Assembly: GCA_963793265.1 (NCBI GenBank)
Contig: CAWBZI010000001.1
Span: 224,001 to 288,000 of the forward strand
DNA length: 64,000 nt
From: an uncultured cyanobacterium
Lineage (GTDB): Bacteria > Cyanobacteriota > Cyanobacteriia > Phormidesmidales > Phormidesmidaceae
Reading direction: 5' to 3'
Below the pieces are notes generated by a model, which was given only the letters and a program-made list of their open reading frames with translations, was not told the DNA's origin and searched no databases. The translations under genes were made by a program, and so were the position numbers. Shown here one piece after another: positions 8,038 through 17,965 of this stretch (position 1 is its first letter; each line of letters starts with the position of its first letter).

Positions 8038-10557
8038 ATGGCTCAACCCAGCGCTCAAGAACAGCTTTTACTAGAGCTTACTAACCGATTTCGACTAAAC
8101 CCAGCCGCCGAATATGACCTGCTCGTAAACTCAGATAATACCGATGTTATCAATGCGCTCAACTTTTTCGGCGTAGATTTATCCGTGCTTGCCAACCAGT
8201 GGAATTCTCTGGTTGCAGCGCCAGTTTTAGCCTGGTCTAGCCAGATGAATGAGTCAGCCGCCGTTCACAACCAGCTCATGATTGACTACGATCAGCAAAG
8301 TCATTCCCTACCCGGCGAGCCTGGCATTCTCGATCGCATCAACAGTGCAGGCACTAACCACTATACTTCTGTTGCAGAGAATATCTACGCCTACTCAACT
8401 TCTCCTTTTCACACTCACGCAGGCTTTGTTATAGATTGGGGAGACGATGACAACAATAGTAGCAACGGATTCGGTACGGGCATTCAGAATCCCGCAGGCC
8501 ACCGTGTCAGCATCCTAAGCCCTAGCTATCGAGAGATCGGAATATCTATTGTTGAAGAAACCGATCCTGCAACGGCAGTTGGGCCTTTGGTGGTGACTCA
8601 GCACTTTGGTAAGCAGGCTTCAGTTACGGAGGCTTGGCTATTGGGCGTGGCCTTTCAGGACTTCGACGACGATGACTTTTATAGCGTTGGCGAAGGACTA
8701 GGCGATGTCACCGTTAATATATCCAGCAGCACTTTCAATACTTCGGTGCAAACTGGGCTAGCCGGAGGCTATCAAACCCTTTTGCCTCAAGGTACCTACA
8801 ACGTAGACTTTATCCGCAACGGTCAGTTGCTACAAGCCTACGACGATGTAGTAGTAGGTAGCAACAACGTTAAAAGAGACTTGTTAGTTGAGGTAAGTCC
8901 TGAACCTAACGCAGGAATGGGCAAAGTAGTAGGCATTCAGTTTGATGATGCTAATGAGAATGGCGAAAGAGATGCGGGCGAGCTAGGCATTGCTGGGCGC
9001 ACCGTTTTTGTTGATGCTAACCGGAACAAACAGCTTGACGATGGCGAGCGTTCGGCTATTACAAACGCTGACGGCGTTTATACTTTCAACAATCTAGCGC
9101 CTGGCACCTATCATATTCTGTCAGTGCTCCCAGCAGGTAGAGCGCAAACGTTTCCAGATCCTAGCGCGCCAATTGGTTCTGAGACTTACCAGCTTGATAG
9201 CGGTAGCGGCAATAGCTGGGTGGGGTTTACAGAAGATGTGATCGCCTTCAACCGGTTTGAAACGATTGCTAATCAAGAAACACTAACCTCTATCACTGTT
9301 GGCCTCTCTTCTCAGGGCAATCCCACAAAGCTGTTCATCTATCAAGATGCTGATGGCGACAATACACCAGACGACAGCGAGAAGGTGTTAGAGATTGCGC
9401 CGACGCTTGCGGGCAGCAATGGGTTTGCGAACGTTGCGATCGCACCCACCCTCGTAAACGGTACCTTCTTCGTAGGTGCTCTGTACGAAAAACCAACCTC
9501 AGACTACAACTGGATAATCAGAGATACGGTTTCTCCTGCGAACCAGTCCTGGTTCGCAGTTACACCCAGTCCTAATAGCTTCACTGCCCAGTCTTATGAC
9601 GCTGCTAACTGGCTGCTTAGAGCCAATGCAGCAGGGTTGGTGTCGCAGATTGTCACAGTAGCGGCAAACGAGACAGTGAGTAATGTAGATTTTGGAGATC
9701 GCACCGATATCAACATCATTACAGGCACTGCTCAAGCTGATTCGCTCAGAGGCAGCAGCAAAAAAGACAGTATCTCGGGTAAAGCCGGGAACGACATAAT
9801 TCTTGGCTTTGGCGGTGATGACCTGCTCAATGGAGATGGTGGTAGAGACACGATTAAAGGTGGGGGCGGTAACGACAGGCTGAGAGGGGGGGCTGATAAC
9901 GATGTTCTGATGGGTCAGACTGGCAACGACAGCATTAATGGCGGCAATGGCAACGACACTATCTCAGGAGATGCTGGTAACGATACCTTGGATGGCGTGA
10001 ATGGCAACGACACACTTGACGGCGGTAGCGGTGATGACCTGTTGCGTGGCGGCGATGGCCGCGATACTTTGAATGGCGGCATCGGTCATGACAATATTGT
10101 TGGGGGCAATACTAAAGACTTTCTCTTTGGCGGCAGCGGGCGCGATCGCCTCGACGGTAACGGCGGCTTTGATGAGCTTACGGGGGGCACAGGCGATGAC
10201 CTGCTGCGTGGTCAGGCGGGCGACGACATTCTTATTGGTACCGATCCGAATGCTGCCGGTCAGGCTCGAAAAGAAATTGATAACTTGATCGGTGGCATAG
10301 GTGCCGACAGGTTTGTTTTAGGCGATCGCAATGCCGCTTTTTACAACAGCTTAGGCAGCGCTGACTATGCCATTATTAGAGACTTTAAGCTATCAGAGAA
10401 TGACACCATTCAGCTTAAAGGCAGCAGCAGTGACTATAGCCTGAGAACGCTTGGCAATAGCACATTTGTCTTTTCGAGCAGCGATAGTAGCGAGCTAGTC
10501 AGCATTGCTAAAGGCGTGACGCTCAATAGCTTTAGCAGCGGGTTTACTTTTGTTTAG
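8038..10557 (+). CDS. Secreted protein: CAP/SCP domain + SdrD-B-like domain(s) + RTX Ca-binding repeats
   Basis: CAP motifs EQLLLELTNRFR, QQSHSLPGE, GHRVSIL and VTQHFG; FDDANENGERDAGELGI...TNADGVYTFNNLAPGTY; many GGxGxDxL nonapeptides; no signal peptide (type I secretion substrate). Confidence 0.85.
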   Translation: MAQPSAQEQLLLELTNRFRLNPAAEYDLLVNSDNTDVINALNFFGVDLSVLANQWNSLVAAPVLAWSSQMNESAAVHNQLMIDYDQQSHSLPGEPGILDRINSAGTNHYTSVAENIYAYSTSPFHTHAGFVIDWGDDDNNSSNGFGTGIQNPAGHRVSILSPSYREIGISIVEETDPATAVGPLVVTQHFGKQASVTEAWLLGVAFQDFDDDDFYSVGEGLGDVTVNISSSTFNTSVQTGLAGGYQTLLPQGTYNVDFIRNGQLLQAYDDVVVGSNNVKRDLLVEVSPEPNAGMGKVVGIQFDDANENGERDAGELGIAGRTVFVDANRNKQLDDGERSAITNADGVYTFNNLAPGTYHILSVLPAGRAQTFPDPSAPIGSETYQLDSGSGNSWVGFTEDVIAFNRFETIANQETLTSITVGLSSQGNPTKLFIYQDADGDNTPDDSEKVLEIAPTLAGSNGFANVAIAPTLVNGTFFVGALYEKPTSDYNWIIRDTVSPANQSWFAVTPSPNSFTAQSYDAANWLLRANAAGLVSQIVTVAANETVSNVDFGDRTDINIITGTAQADSLRGSSKKDSISGKAGNDIILGFGGDDLLNGDGGRDTIKGGGGNDRLRGGADNDVLMGQTGNDSINGGNGNDTISGDAGNDTLDGVNGNDTLDGGSGDDLLRGGDGRDTLNGGIGHDNIVGGNTKDFLFGGSGRDRLDGNGGFDELTGGTGDDLLRGQAGDDILIGTDPNAAGQARKEIDNLIGGIGADRFVLGDRNAAFYNSLGSADYAIIRDFKLSENDTIQLKGSSSDYSLRTLGNSTFVFSSSDSSELVSIAKGVTLNSFSSGFTFV

Positions 10558-10566
10558 GGCAAAAAT

Positions 10567-10619
10567 TAGAAAGGGCTATATACGCTACGTGATGCGTGTA
10601 GCGTATATAGCCCTTTCTA
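10567..10619. terminator. Perfect 22-bp inverted repeat between convergent genes (bidirectional terminator)
   Basis: TAGAAAGGGCTATATACGCTAC-N9-GTAGCGTATATAGCCCTTTCTA. Confidence 0.75.
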
Positions 10620-11219
10620 GCCATTGTTCTTTGTGGTGCTAGTGCTATCGGGCCACCCGGTCGCTAGCCAAACCCAACTTCGCACAATATCGCGAGGAAT
10701 CTTCCAGGCGTGCTCTCCAGATTCGATCATATTTTTCTCTGTCACCTGCACGTTCACAGGCGTACACACAATCCCTCGGCTACCAAATATCCAGAAGGCA
10801 ATCACCTCAGCACGGGGCATGTGATAGTCAGCAGTGACCAAATACACATGGCGAATGTTGTGGGCTCGTAGCGCTGCTACTGTGGTTGTAAAGTTCATAA
10901 GGGTGTCGGTAGCCCGATCGTCAATGATCACGCGATCATGCGGCACACCTGCATCTGCAAATCGTTGATAGATAATATCAGGCGATCGCTGCGTAGATAT
11001 CCAGGCGGTCATCTCTGACTCGTGCTGCGCTAGCTGAGCCGCTTGGATATCTCGTTGTTTCTCTCCGCCCAGCATCAAAATAGCTTGAGGATCAGGCACT
11101 TGATGCCTAGCAATTTTCAGACGCACACTGATAAAGACCGTAGTCAGCACCAGGCACAGCACCCCGCCGCCAAACCCTAGCTTCAAAGATCTGCTGATCC
11201 AAACGTTTACCTCATCCAT
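10617..11219 (-). CDS. YdcF/DUF218 (ElyC/SanA-like) family protein
   Basis: N-terminal TM; AILMLGG, ATDTLMNF and LVTADYHMPRA motifs. Confidence 0.85.
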   Translation of the reverse strand: MDEVNVWISRSLKLGFGGGVLCLVLTTVFISVRLKIARHQVPDPQAILMLGGEKQRDIQAAQLAQHESEMTAWISTQRSPDIIYQRFADAGVPHDRVIIDDRATDTLMNFTTTVAALRAHNIRHVYLVTADYHMPRAEVIAFWIFGSRGIVCTPVNVQVTEKNMIESGEHAWKIPRDIVRSWVWLATGWPDSTSTTKNNG

Positions 11220-11238
11220 CCGCTATTTACTAAACCAC

Positions 11239-12102
11239 TTACCACTGGTAGCCTAGCTTGTTCAGCGCAGTCTCTAAATGAGGGCGAATTTGTGCCATCG
11301 TTTCAGCGTCAAGTACATCCGTCCAAACTCTCTGCCGACTTGGATCGGCGCTGCTGGTTACAAAGTCAATTAGCGGCTGGCTAGCTGGCAGCTCTGCAAA
11401 CGCTGTAATTGCTGACATCGTTGTTTCAGGCTGCGCAATCAAATCTTCATAGCGAAAACGATAGTAGTGCGAAGCGGGCAATTTGCTCCCATCTTCTACC
11501 GCCTGCGTCGCTGTCGCGGCCCATTGCTTTGCCAATATAACAGGCTGCGGATGGTTGCCTACCCAGTCTTGCCAGCCTGCCGGACGCGGCCCCCAAAAGG
11601 GAATGGGCTTACCGGCTAGCTTACTTAGCAAAGTCTCTTGAATTCTAGGCCAGTGAGCAGGCCACTCAGCTATTGGCGTTTCAACAAGCATTTCACTAAA
11701 GCGACTCTTCAGCTTATCAGGCCGGTAAAATCCAGTTTCTAGCATGTCGCTTGCTGAGCTAAATACAGAGCGTCCGTCGCGAATCACGTGAATAATTTTG
11801 GCGTCAGGAAATACCTTATGAATAAACGGCAGGCGCAGGCAGTTACTCGGCGTTTTCTCAAACAAACGCGCTTTTCCCTCTGCGGCTACAAACTGCTGAA
11901 ACCGGCTGCGAATATGCTCGACAACCTTCGGCTGAGCATCTTCAGAGGTAAGCACATCATCTTTTCGATAGTTGTTGCCCCACGACCATACGTAGCGCGG
12001 CTCCATCCAGCAGGCCAAATCAGGGTGCCGAGAAAATACGCGGGTTAGCCATGAGGTACCTGAGCGATGGGTACCGACTAATATAATAGGAGAGTTGATC
12101 AT
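11239..12102 (-). CDS. Sulfotransferase
   Basis: 5'-PSB motif GTHRSGTSWL, EKTPSN, 3'-PB motif IHVIRDGRSVFSS, RYEDL. Confidence 0.9.
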   Translation of the reverse strand: MINSPIILVGTHRSGTSWLTRVFSRHPDLACWMEPRYVWSWGNNYRKDDVLTSEDAQPKVVEHIRSRFQQFVAAEGKARLFEKTPSNCLRLPFIHKVFPDAKIIHVIRDGRSVFSSASDMLETGFYRPDKLKSRFSEMLVETPIAEWPAHWPRIQETLLSKLAGKPIPFWGPRPAGWQDWVGNHPQPVILAKQWAATATQAVEDGSKLPASHYYRFRYEDLIAQPETTMSAITAFAELPASQPLIDFVTSSADPSRQRVWTDVLDAETMAQIRPHLETALNKLGYQW

Positions 12103-13340
12103 GGGTTCGTAACAACACCTGTAGGAGAGTTTTTTGGAAGCGTAAGCGTTGTGGCCTCTGTCTCTAAAGAGACGTTTAGAATATCGGCATATTCGTTAGC
12201 CAGTCGGCGGGCAATACTATCCCACGTGTAGTTATCAAAAATGAATTGCTTGGCTTGTTTGCCCATTGCTTGCGCCTCAGCAGGTTCTGCAAAGCAGCTA
12301 AATAGCGCTTCAGAGATTGCCGTGCTATCAATTGCAACTTCGTGGGCGACGCCAGCCTCACGGGCCTCAGCGAAATTACAGCCAGTGGTAAATATGCAGG
12401 GGAGTGCTGCTGCCATCCCTTCGAGTATTGACATACTGAAACCCTCAGAGCGTGAGGGGGCTACATATACGCTTGCTGCTGATAGTGCCGCTAGCTTTAA
12501 ATCGCCTTTAATCATGCCTGTAAATGTGGTCTGCTCCACGCAGCCCGCCGTTTCAAAATAAGCTTTGGCGGTGGGCAAAAAGTCGATGCTATCTGGCCCA
12601 GCAACAACAAGGTGAGCATTAGGGTAAGCCTTTGCTAGTGGCGCAAAAGCAGCCGCTAAAAGATCTAATCCCTTTTTAGGATCGATACGGCCTAAGAATA
12701 GGATTAGTGACTTATCTTTTAGATGTGGGTACTGATCGTAAAATAGTTGCGTCGTCGGTAGCTGCTCAAACTGCTTGCAGTGAATACCATTAGGGACTAG
12801 CGCTGTTTTCTTCAGCCCTAAATCACGAATTTGTTCTACTTCAACAGACGTTAAGGCTTGAATAGCAGCGGCTTTTTGAAGCGATCGCCCCTCAACTAGC
12901 CGGTAATAAAGCTTCTTCTTCCATGCCTTGTAGGCCAGCGCCCAAGGCTCTAACATGCCGTGAGGCGTCATGACGTAGGGTATGCGCTTTATTTGAGCGA
13001 TCGCATGGGCCATATCCATTAGCGGCGTAAATAGCGTATGGGTATGAATCAAATCATAGTCACTTGCATGTCGCCATAGCCATTGCAACAAATCGCGGCT
13101 CAAAACAAAATCGTTACGATTCCAGCTCGCAAAATACTGCACGCGATAAGGCGTCTGTTCATTACCTTGTTCTATCCAAGTATTCAGCGGCACCGCTAGC
13201 TTCGTTGCGTCGTTAGCATTCGTCGTCACCAAATCTATTGTCAGCGGCTGCTTACCCAGCGCGCCGACAATTTCAGGAACGACCGTCGCAATCCCACCAT
13301 ATACTGGCCCCAGATAAGGCGCAATCATCAAAATCTTCAT
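12099..13340 (-). CDS. GT4 glycosyltransferase
   Basis: Starts MKILMIAPY (ATG 13340); TPHGML, FLGRIDPKKG, PSRSEGFSMSILEGMA. Confidence 0.9.
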   Translation of the reverse strand: MKILMIAPYLGPVYGGIATVVPEIVGALGKQPLTIDLVTTNANDATKLAVPLNTWIEQGNEQTPYRVQYFASWNRNDFVLSRDLLQWLWRHASDYDLIHTHTLFTPLMDMAHAIAQIKRIPYVMTPHGMLEPWALAYKAWKKKLYYRLVEGRSLQKAAAIQALTSVEVEQIRDLGLKKTALVPNGIHCKQFEQLPTTQLFYDQYPHLKDKSLILFLGRIDPKKGLDLLAAAFAPLAKAYPNAHLVVAGPDSIDFLPTAKAYFETAGCVEQTTFTGMIKGDLKLAALSAASVYVAPSRSEGFSMSILEGMAAALPCIFTTGCNFAEAREAGVAHEVAIDSTAISEALFSCFAEPAEAQAMGKQAKQFIFDNYTWDSIARRLANEYADILNVSLETEATTLTLPKNSPTGVVTNP

Positions 13341-13371
13341 AGAAAAAACGGCATCCCTAATTGATAAAATC

Positions 13372-14400
13372 TCAGGCAACTATCGGCAGTTCCGACTTTC
13401 TTCTCACATCTTCTCTCTGCGACATTTCTGTCTGTGACGTTGCATCGTGCTTAGCCCGCACCGATCTCGCGCTTTGAGAGAACTGATATCTGTGCTGATA
13501 GTCATTGAACGCCTCGGCCATATCTTCAGGCAGTTCAATCGTTCTAGCCAAAGACTTTTGCAACCTAATTTCACTAGCTGCTAAAGTCAGCCACTCAGCC
13601 GGTGCTGAGAGCCCCAAAAAGTCACAGAGCTGCCTCAAAACTTGCTCGGGTTCTTCTACAAACTGCTCATACACAATCTCGCAAAGTTGAGAGCCCAAAG
13701 GCTTTCGCCACCTATCCATTTCTGCTAGGCTCGTAAGCCATTCGTATGCGCCGCGCTGAGACTCTTTCGTAAGCTGTTCTACTTCATTGGGCCAATAGCC
13801 TGCTTGGGCACCTTCGCGCTGAAGCCGATTCCACTTTTCACCCGCAATACCCCACCACTGATTTAAATCAGGTTTGCCTGCAATTTTATAAGGGCTTCCG
13901 GTTGCCAGGCGGCTGATAGAGTGGGCAACATCTACGCCATCGCGGACAATATGAACAAACCTAGCGTGAGGGGCAAGCGCTCTTAAGTAGCCAATCCGAA
14001 ATACGTTCAGCGGCGTTTTCTCTAGCATCATTTGGGCCTGCTTACTCGGCCAGAACAAACGCGAAAACAGGTTGTGAGAATCTTCACTTACCAGATCCTC
14101 ATCCATCATGAGCTGAGCGCTGCCCTGATGGTAAAGATTGAGCACATCGCTACGCTGATCGACGGCTGCCCAAAGATGATAAGGCTCAAATCGATAGCTG
14201 ATCTGTGGATGGGTTGCCATCACTTTGCCTAAAATAGTCGTTCCCGAACGCCCACAGCCGACTAAGAAAGTGATTGGCGGCGCTGTCTCTAGCAGATGAT
14301 TAGCCGACGAGTGGCTAGCGCCTGATGAGCGCCACTTAGCTCTTTGATATAGCCAGGTATATTTCAGCGCCCGGAAAATAGGTTTTAAGCTCATTGCCAT
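13372..14400 (-). CDS. Sulfotransferase
   Basis: GCGRSGTTIL, EKTPLN, HIVRDGVDVAHS, YEQFV. Start taken at ATG 14400. Confidence 0.9.
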   Translation of the reverse strand: MAMSLKPIFRALKYTWLYQRAKWRSSGASHSSANHLLETAPPITFLVGCGRSGTTILGKVMATHPQISYRFEPYHLWAAVDQRSDVLNLYHQGSAQLMMDEDLVSEDSHNLFSRLFWPSKQAQMMLEKTPLNVFRIGYLRALAPHARFVHIVRDGVDVAHSISRLATGSPYKIAGKPDLNQWWGIAGEKWNRLQREGAQAGYWPNEVEQLTKESQRGAYEWLTSLAEMDRWRKPLGSQLCEIVYEQFVEEPEQVLRQLCDFLGLSAPAEWLTLAASEIRLQKSLARTIELPEDMAEAFNDYQHRYQFSQSARSVRAKHDATSQTEMSQREDVRRKSELPIVA

Positions 14401-14509
14401 AAAACTGTCTCGAAGAAAACTGTTGTAGATGCTTTGACAGAGGTCTTTACAAGAAAGCACCTCCCTTTAAAGAGGTTTTTCTTGATTTATAGTCGATAGT
14501 GCCCATCAG

Positions 14510-15307
14510 CTAGGCAGTTTTCGCTATGTCTACCCAGCTATGATCCAATTCGTATTCCAGCTTGATGAGAGCCTCTCCTGCATACTTATCAAATACCTGG
14601 CAGGCTTCAGACGAAAACTGATTTCGCCAGTCTCCAACAATGCCTTTTCTCAAAAAGCTGTTCTTATTTTCTTCACCCGGCTTGCGCCCCGCCTGCTTAG
14701 CAAACGAAAATTCTTCTACAATTTCAGCAGCGCTATCAGCTGTAATATTTTCTCCTGTTAGCTCATGCACAATCCGCTGTAGCTCAGCCGGGCCGTTGGT
14801 TCTAAGATCTTCGTATCGAACGTAGGTCACGTCATCGCGGCCATACCATTTGCTGACGAACTGCGGCCAAGAAAAGCTCATGGGCCGATACTGTGTAAAA
14901 CACTGTTCTATAAAAGCAGGGAGGTTGCTGCGCACGTCATGGTAATCGTCGAACTGAAGGCGCGATCGCAGCTCATTTACAATCGGCGCATTCCGCCCGC
15001 TCTCATTCACAAACAGCGTGTGGTGATACCAGGACACCATCATGTCTCGCCCGTCTCGCCAAACGATCAGCGCATTTTCCATGCCCCAGGGCCGCAGGTA
15101 GTGACCGTGCATCATACTGGTCGATAGCGTTGGAAACTGGTTTCTAGGAAAAGGCAGTCCGGTCGCTCTACTCACCATTTGCCCTACCCAAGTTCCGCCC
15201 GATTTGGGATACTCATTGACGATGTAAAGGGGTGAGATGGGCGTGAGGCCGTGCACCATGGCGTATCTTACAGCCGCTTGGAATTTGACAGCGATCGCAT
15301 TAGACAT
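14510..15307 (-). CDS. Sulfotransferase (Sulfotransfer_1/SULT-like)
   Basis: EYPKSGGTW, RDGRDMMVSWYH, RYEDL, FLRKGIVGDWRNQFS. Confidence 0.9.
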   Translation of the reverse strand: MSNAIAVKFQAAVRYAMVHGLTPISPLYIVNEYPKSGGTWVGQMVSRATGLPFPRNQFPTLSTSMMHGHYLRPWGMENALIVWRDGRDMMVSWYHHTLFVNESGRNAPIVNELRSRLQFDDYHDVRSNLPAFIEQCFTQYRPMSFSWPQFVSKWYGRDDVTYVRYEDLRTNGPAELQRIVHELTGENITADSAAEIVEEFSFAKQAGRKPGEENKNSFLRKGIVGDWRNQFSSEACQVFDKYAGEALIKLEYELDHSWVDIAKTA

Positions 15308-15341
15308 TGTTTTTGCTTCTTAAATGATGGCTTAAGTAGAA

Positions 15342-16652
15342 CTAGGTAGACAAAGGTTGTGTGATTGAGAGCGTATCTTCAGCGGCTAAATCTGGCTGCA
15401 AAGCTGGCTGAGACAGATCGCGCTGCAAACTTTTCATCGCTAAAACGATGGCGTCTGTACTTTCTTTCCAGGTTGGCTGTTGCTGGGCTAATGCTTTACC
15501 AGCAACAGAAAGCGCCTGTCGTTTTTCTGCATTTTCCAGTAACGTGCAGACAGCTTTAGCGAACTCTTTGGCAGAATCAGCAGCGATCGCATCTCTCCCT
15601 GGCTCGCATCCCGCTACCGTAGAAAGTACAGGCGAAGTAGACACCAGCGGCACGCCCGCAGTCAGCGCATCTAGCGCTCGATTAATCAGCCCGGTACTGT
15701 GAACAATGGGGACAACAGCTAGGCTTACTGAGTTATATAGTTCAACTAAATCTTCAACAAAGCCCAGTGCTTTTACCTGTGGCGGCAAGCTGCGAGCAAT
15801 CTCACTGTCAGGATCAGGCGGCGTTCCGGCCAGTAGCAAATTGGCCTCTGGATGCTTTGCTAAAACTAGCGGCCAAACTCTTTGTAAAAACCAGCGAGAC
15901 TCTTGCGCGCGACCGCCCTTGAGGTGGGTCATGTACAGAACTGTTTTAGGCGCTTGAGGGTTATAGGTAACCTGATCGAGCGATCGCTTTCGACCGTTCT
16001 GCGCAGCGAGCACCATAGGCTGTTTGGCCTGATTTCCTAACAGCCAGTGTGCGCGTTTTTTCTCCAACGGCGTCTGCACATGCAGCAAATCCACATCTTG
16101 CAAGTAACGCTTCTCTAATGGCCACACCACAACAGAGCGTAGCCCCTGAAACAACCGTTGCAGAGAAAATCCTAAGCGTCCGCTCACCCACTCTCTTAGA
16201 GAATCTACATACGTGGTCGTAATCACGTCATTGCAGCCCAAAGCGACAATAGGCGGCACCGAAAGCTTAGCCTTTCGACAGGCTAAAAGAAGTCCTAGCC
16301 CACCGACAGGTGAAACCCAAACCGCATCATAGGTATTAGCGGCAAATATCTCTTTTAGCCTTTTGGTGTCGTAACCGTTGATAAAAAAGGTTGGACGCTG
16401 TAGGGTTAGCTCTTTCAATAGCTTATGGCCGCTAGTATGATCGCGGCTCGGTAAGCTCAATACCTGCTTCACGCTCGCAGGTACGTTTTGTTTTCTTTCT
16501 TCTAGTAGCTGTTCGTCTTTAGGCGATTGCGTAATCACCAGCATGTCCAGCTCAAACGACGCCGATAGCGCCTCAGCAATATGTGCGTTCGGCAGCTCAA
16601 TCCCCTGACGCGGCGGAAACGGAATTGAGGTCGTTACAAACAAAATCTTCAT
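15342..16652 (-). CDS. GT4-like glycosyltransferase
   Basis: MKILFVTTSIPFPP, WFLQRVWPLV, LGFVEDL, ALTAGVPLVST. Confidence 0.85.
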   Translation of the reverse strand: MKILFVTTSIPFPPRQGIELPNAHIAEALSASFELDMLVITQSPKDEQLLEERKQNVPASVKQVLSLPSRDHTSGHKLLKELTLQRPTFFINGYDTKRLKEIFAANTYDAVWVSPVGGLGLLLACRKAKLSVPPIVALGCNDVITTTYVDSLREWVSGRLGFSLQRLFQGLRSVVVWPLEKRYLQDVDLLHVQTPLEKKRAHWLLGNQAKQPMVLAAQNGRKRSLDQVTYNPQAPKTVLYMTHLKGGRAQESRWFLQRVWPLVLAKHPEANLLLAGTPPDPDSEIARSLPPQVKALGFVEDLVELYNSVSLAVVPIVHSTGLINRALDALTAGVPLVSTSPVLSTVAGCEPGRDAIAADSAKEFAKAVCTLLENAEKRQALSVAGKALAQQQPTWKESTDAIVLAMKSLQRDLSQPALQPDLAAEDTLSITQPLST

Positions 16653-17932
16653 ACCGCTACCTCCACGGGTCTAAGCGTTTCTAAAAACTGAAAGCTGGTT
16701 CTCGCAGTTGCCTTCGCCTGCTCAACGGGCATCTGCACAGCAGGCGGTTCACCTGCTTCGATTGCGGTCATTAATCGCGCTGTTAATGTCTCTGCCGAAA
16801 GCGATTGAATCGGCATCACCCAGTCATCATCTAGCCCAACTTCCTGAGCAAAATCAACGCATTTTTGATGGTAGGAAAGCACGCCAAACGGCGTCCCCAC
16901 TGCGTAAGAGATAACGGCTGCATGGAGGCGGCTAGCAAGGACTAAGCTACATTCGCTGAGCTGCTGGTACATGGACTGGGGGCGATCGCTATAAGGCAAC
17001 AGCCTCACCCTCTCCTTTGCCTCTAATCGCTGCTGAAGCTGAGCTGAAGCCGCCTCATCCACATCGCTAAAGTTCAACAAATTTACCACTACAGCGTCAT
17101 TCGCAGACTGCAATGCATTCAAACTTGTCGCCAAAGCCGTCATCATCGCATCAGGCGTATGCCCCTGCCGCAAAGCAATGCCCACACTAGGCCCCTTCAA
17201 AGGTTTCGGTTCGCTCACTGTCTCACCTGCAGGCAACAGCTCCGGTAGCAACAAAGCAATATCCATAGCTCGCACCGCCGGAATACCCACATCAAGCTGT
17301 TGCAAAACGTCCCAGGATCGTTGATCTCTCACGGCAACGAAATCAAGCTGCCTGAGCACCTGCTGGCAAGCATACTTCTCGGCCTCTGTTTTGAACGGCC
17401 CGAGCGATACGCCAATAGCACCAATGAGAGTATCTGAATGAAATAGCCTGGTGGCGGTGACGACCTTAGCTAACCGCTGCGACCGAAAAACAGAATGAAA
17501 GATAGACCCTCCGCCGACTAACAACACTGGAGAAGACTTGGCCAGGCGATTATCAAACAGTAGCGGATTGAGCCAGCGGCGCACATAAGGAATCTGTTGA
17601 AACGTGTTGTAGCCTGCAAATCCTTTAATGCTATCAGCGGCGCAATTGGCGTCTATATGCGATTCATCAGCGACATAGTGAGCCAAGCAGGCGTCATCAG
17701 CCAGCAGGCGAAATCGTACCTGCTGGCTGAAGTTTTTCAAAACATAGTTGATAATTACCGCCGTCATGGCGTCATCGCCAACGTTGCGCTTTCCATTCCA
17801 ACCAATCAAACTAACCGCATCTGAACTGGCAGTAGCAAGGCTCTCTCCATCAGGTCTAATCACATTCACGCGAGCGGTCTTCAAACTAATCATGGTTGAT
17901 TTTGAAATAATAGGAATATCGTCACTTAGCAT
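16649..17932 (-). CDS. Polysaccharide pyruvyl transferase
   Basis: GWNGKRNVGDDAM, VGGGSIF, GVSLGPF, VAVRDQRS, SRLHAAV. Confidence 0.9.
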   Translation of the reverse strand: MLSDDIPIISKSTMISLKTARVNVIRPDGESLATASSDAVSLIGWNGKRNVGDDAMTAVIINYVLKNFSQQVRFRLLADDACLAHYVADESHIDANCAADSIKGFAGYNTFQQIPYVRRWLNPLLFDNRLAKSSPVLLVGGGSIFHSVFRSQRLAKVVTATRLFHSDTLIGAIGVSLGPFKTEAEKYACQQVLRQLDFVAVRDQRSWDVLQQLDVGIPAVRAMDIALLLPELLPAGETVSEPKPLKGPSVGIALRQGHTPDAMMTALATSLNALQSANDAVVVNLLNFSDVDEAASAQLQQRLEAKERVRLLPYSDRPQSMYQQLSECSLVLASRLHAAVISYAVGTPFGVLSYHQKCVDFAQEVGLDDDWVMPIQSLSAETLTARLMTAIEAGEPPAVQMPVEQAKATARTSFQFLETLRPVEVAV

Positions 17933-17965
17933 TCAAAAGCAGCAGTTTTCAAAGCAGATAGAAAA

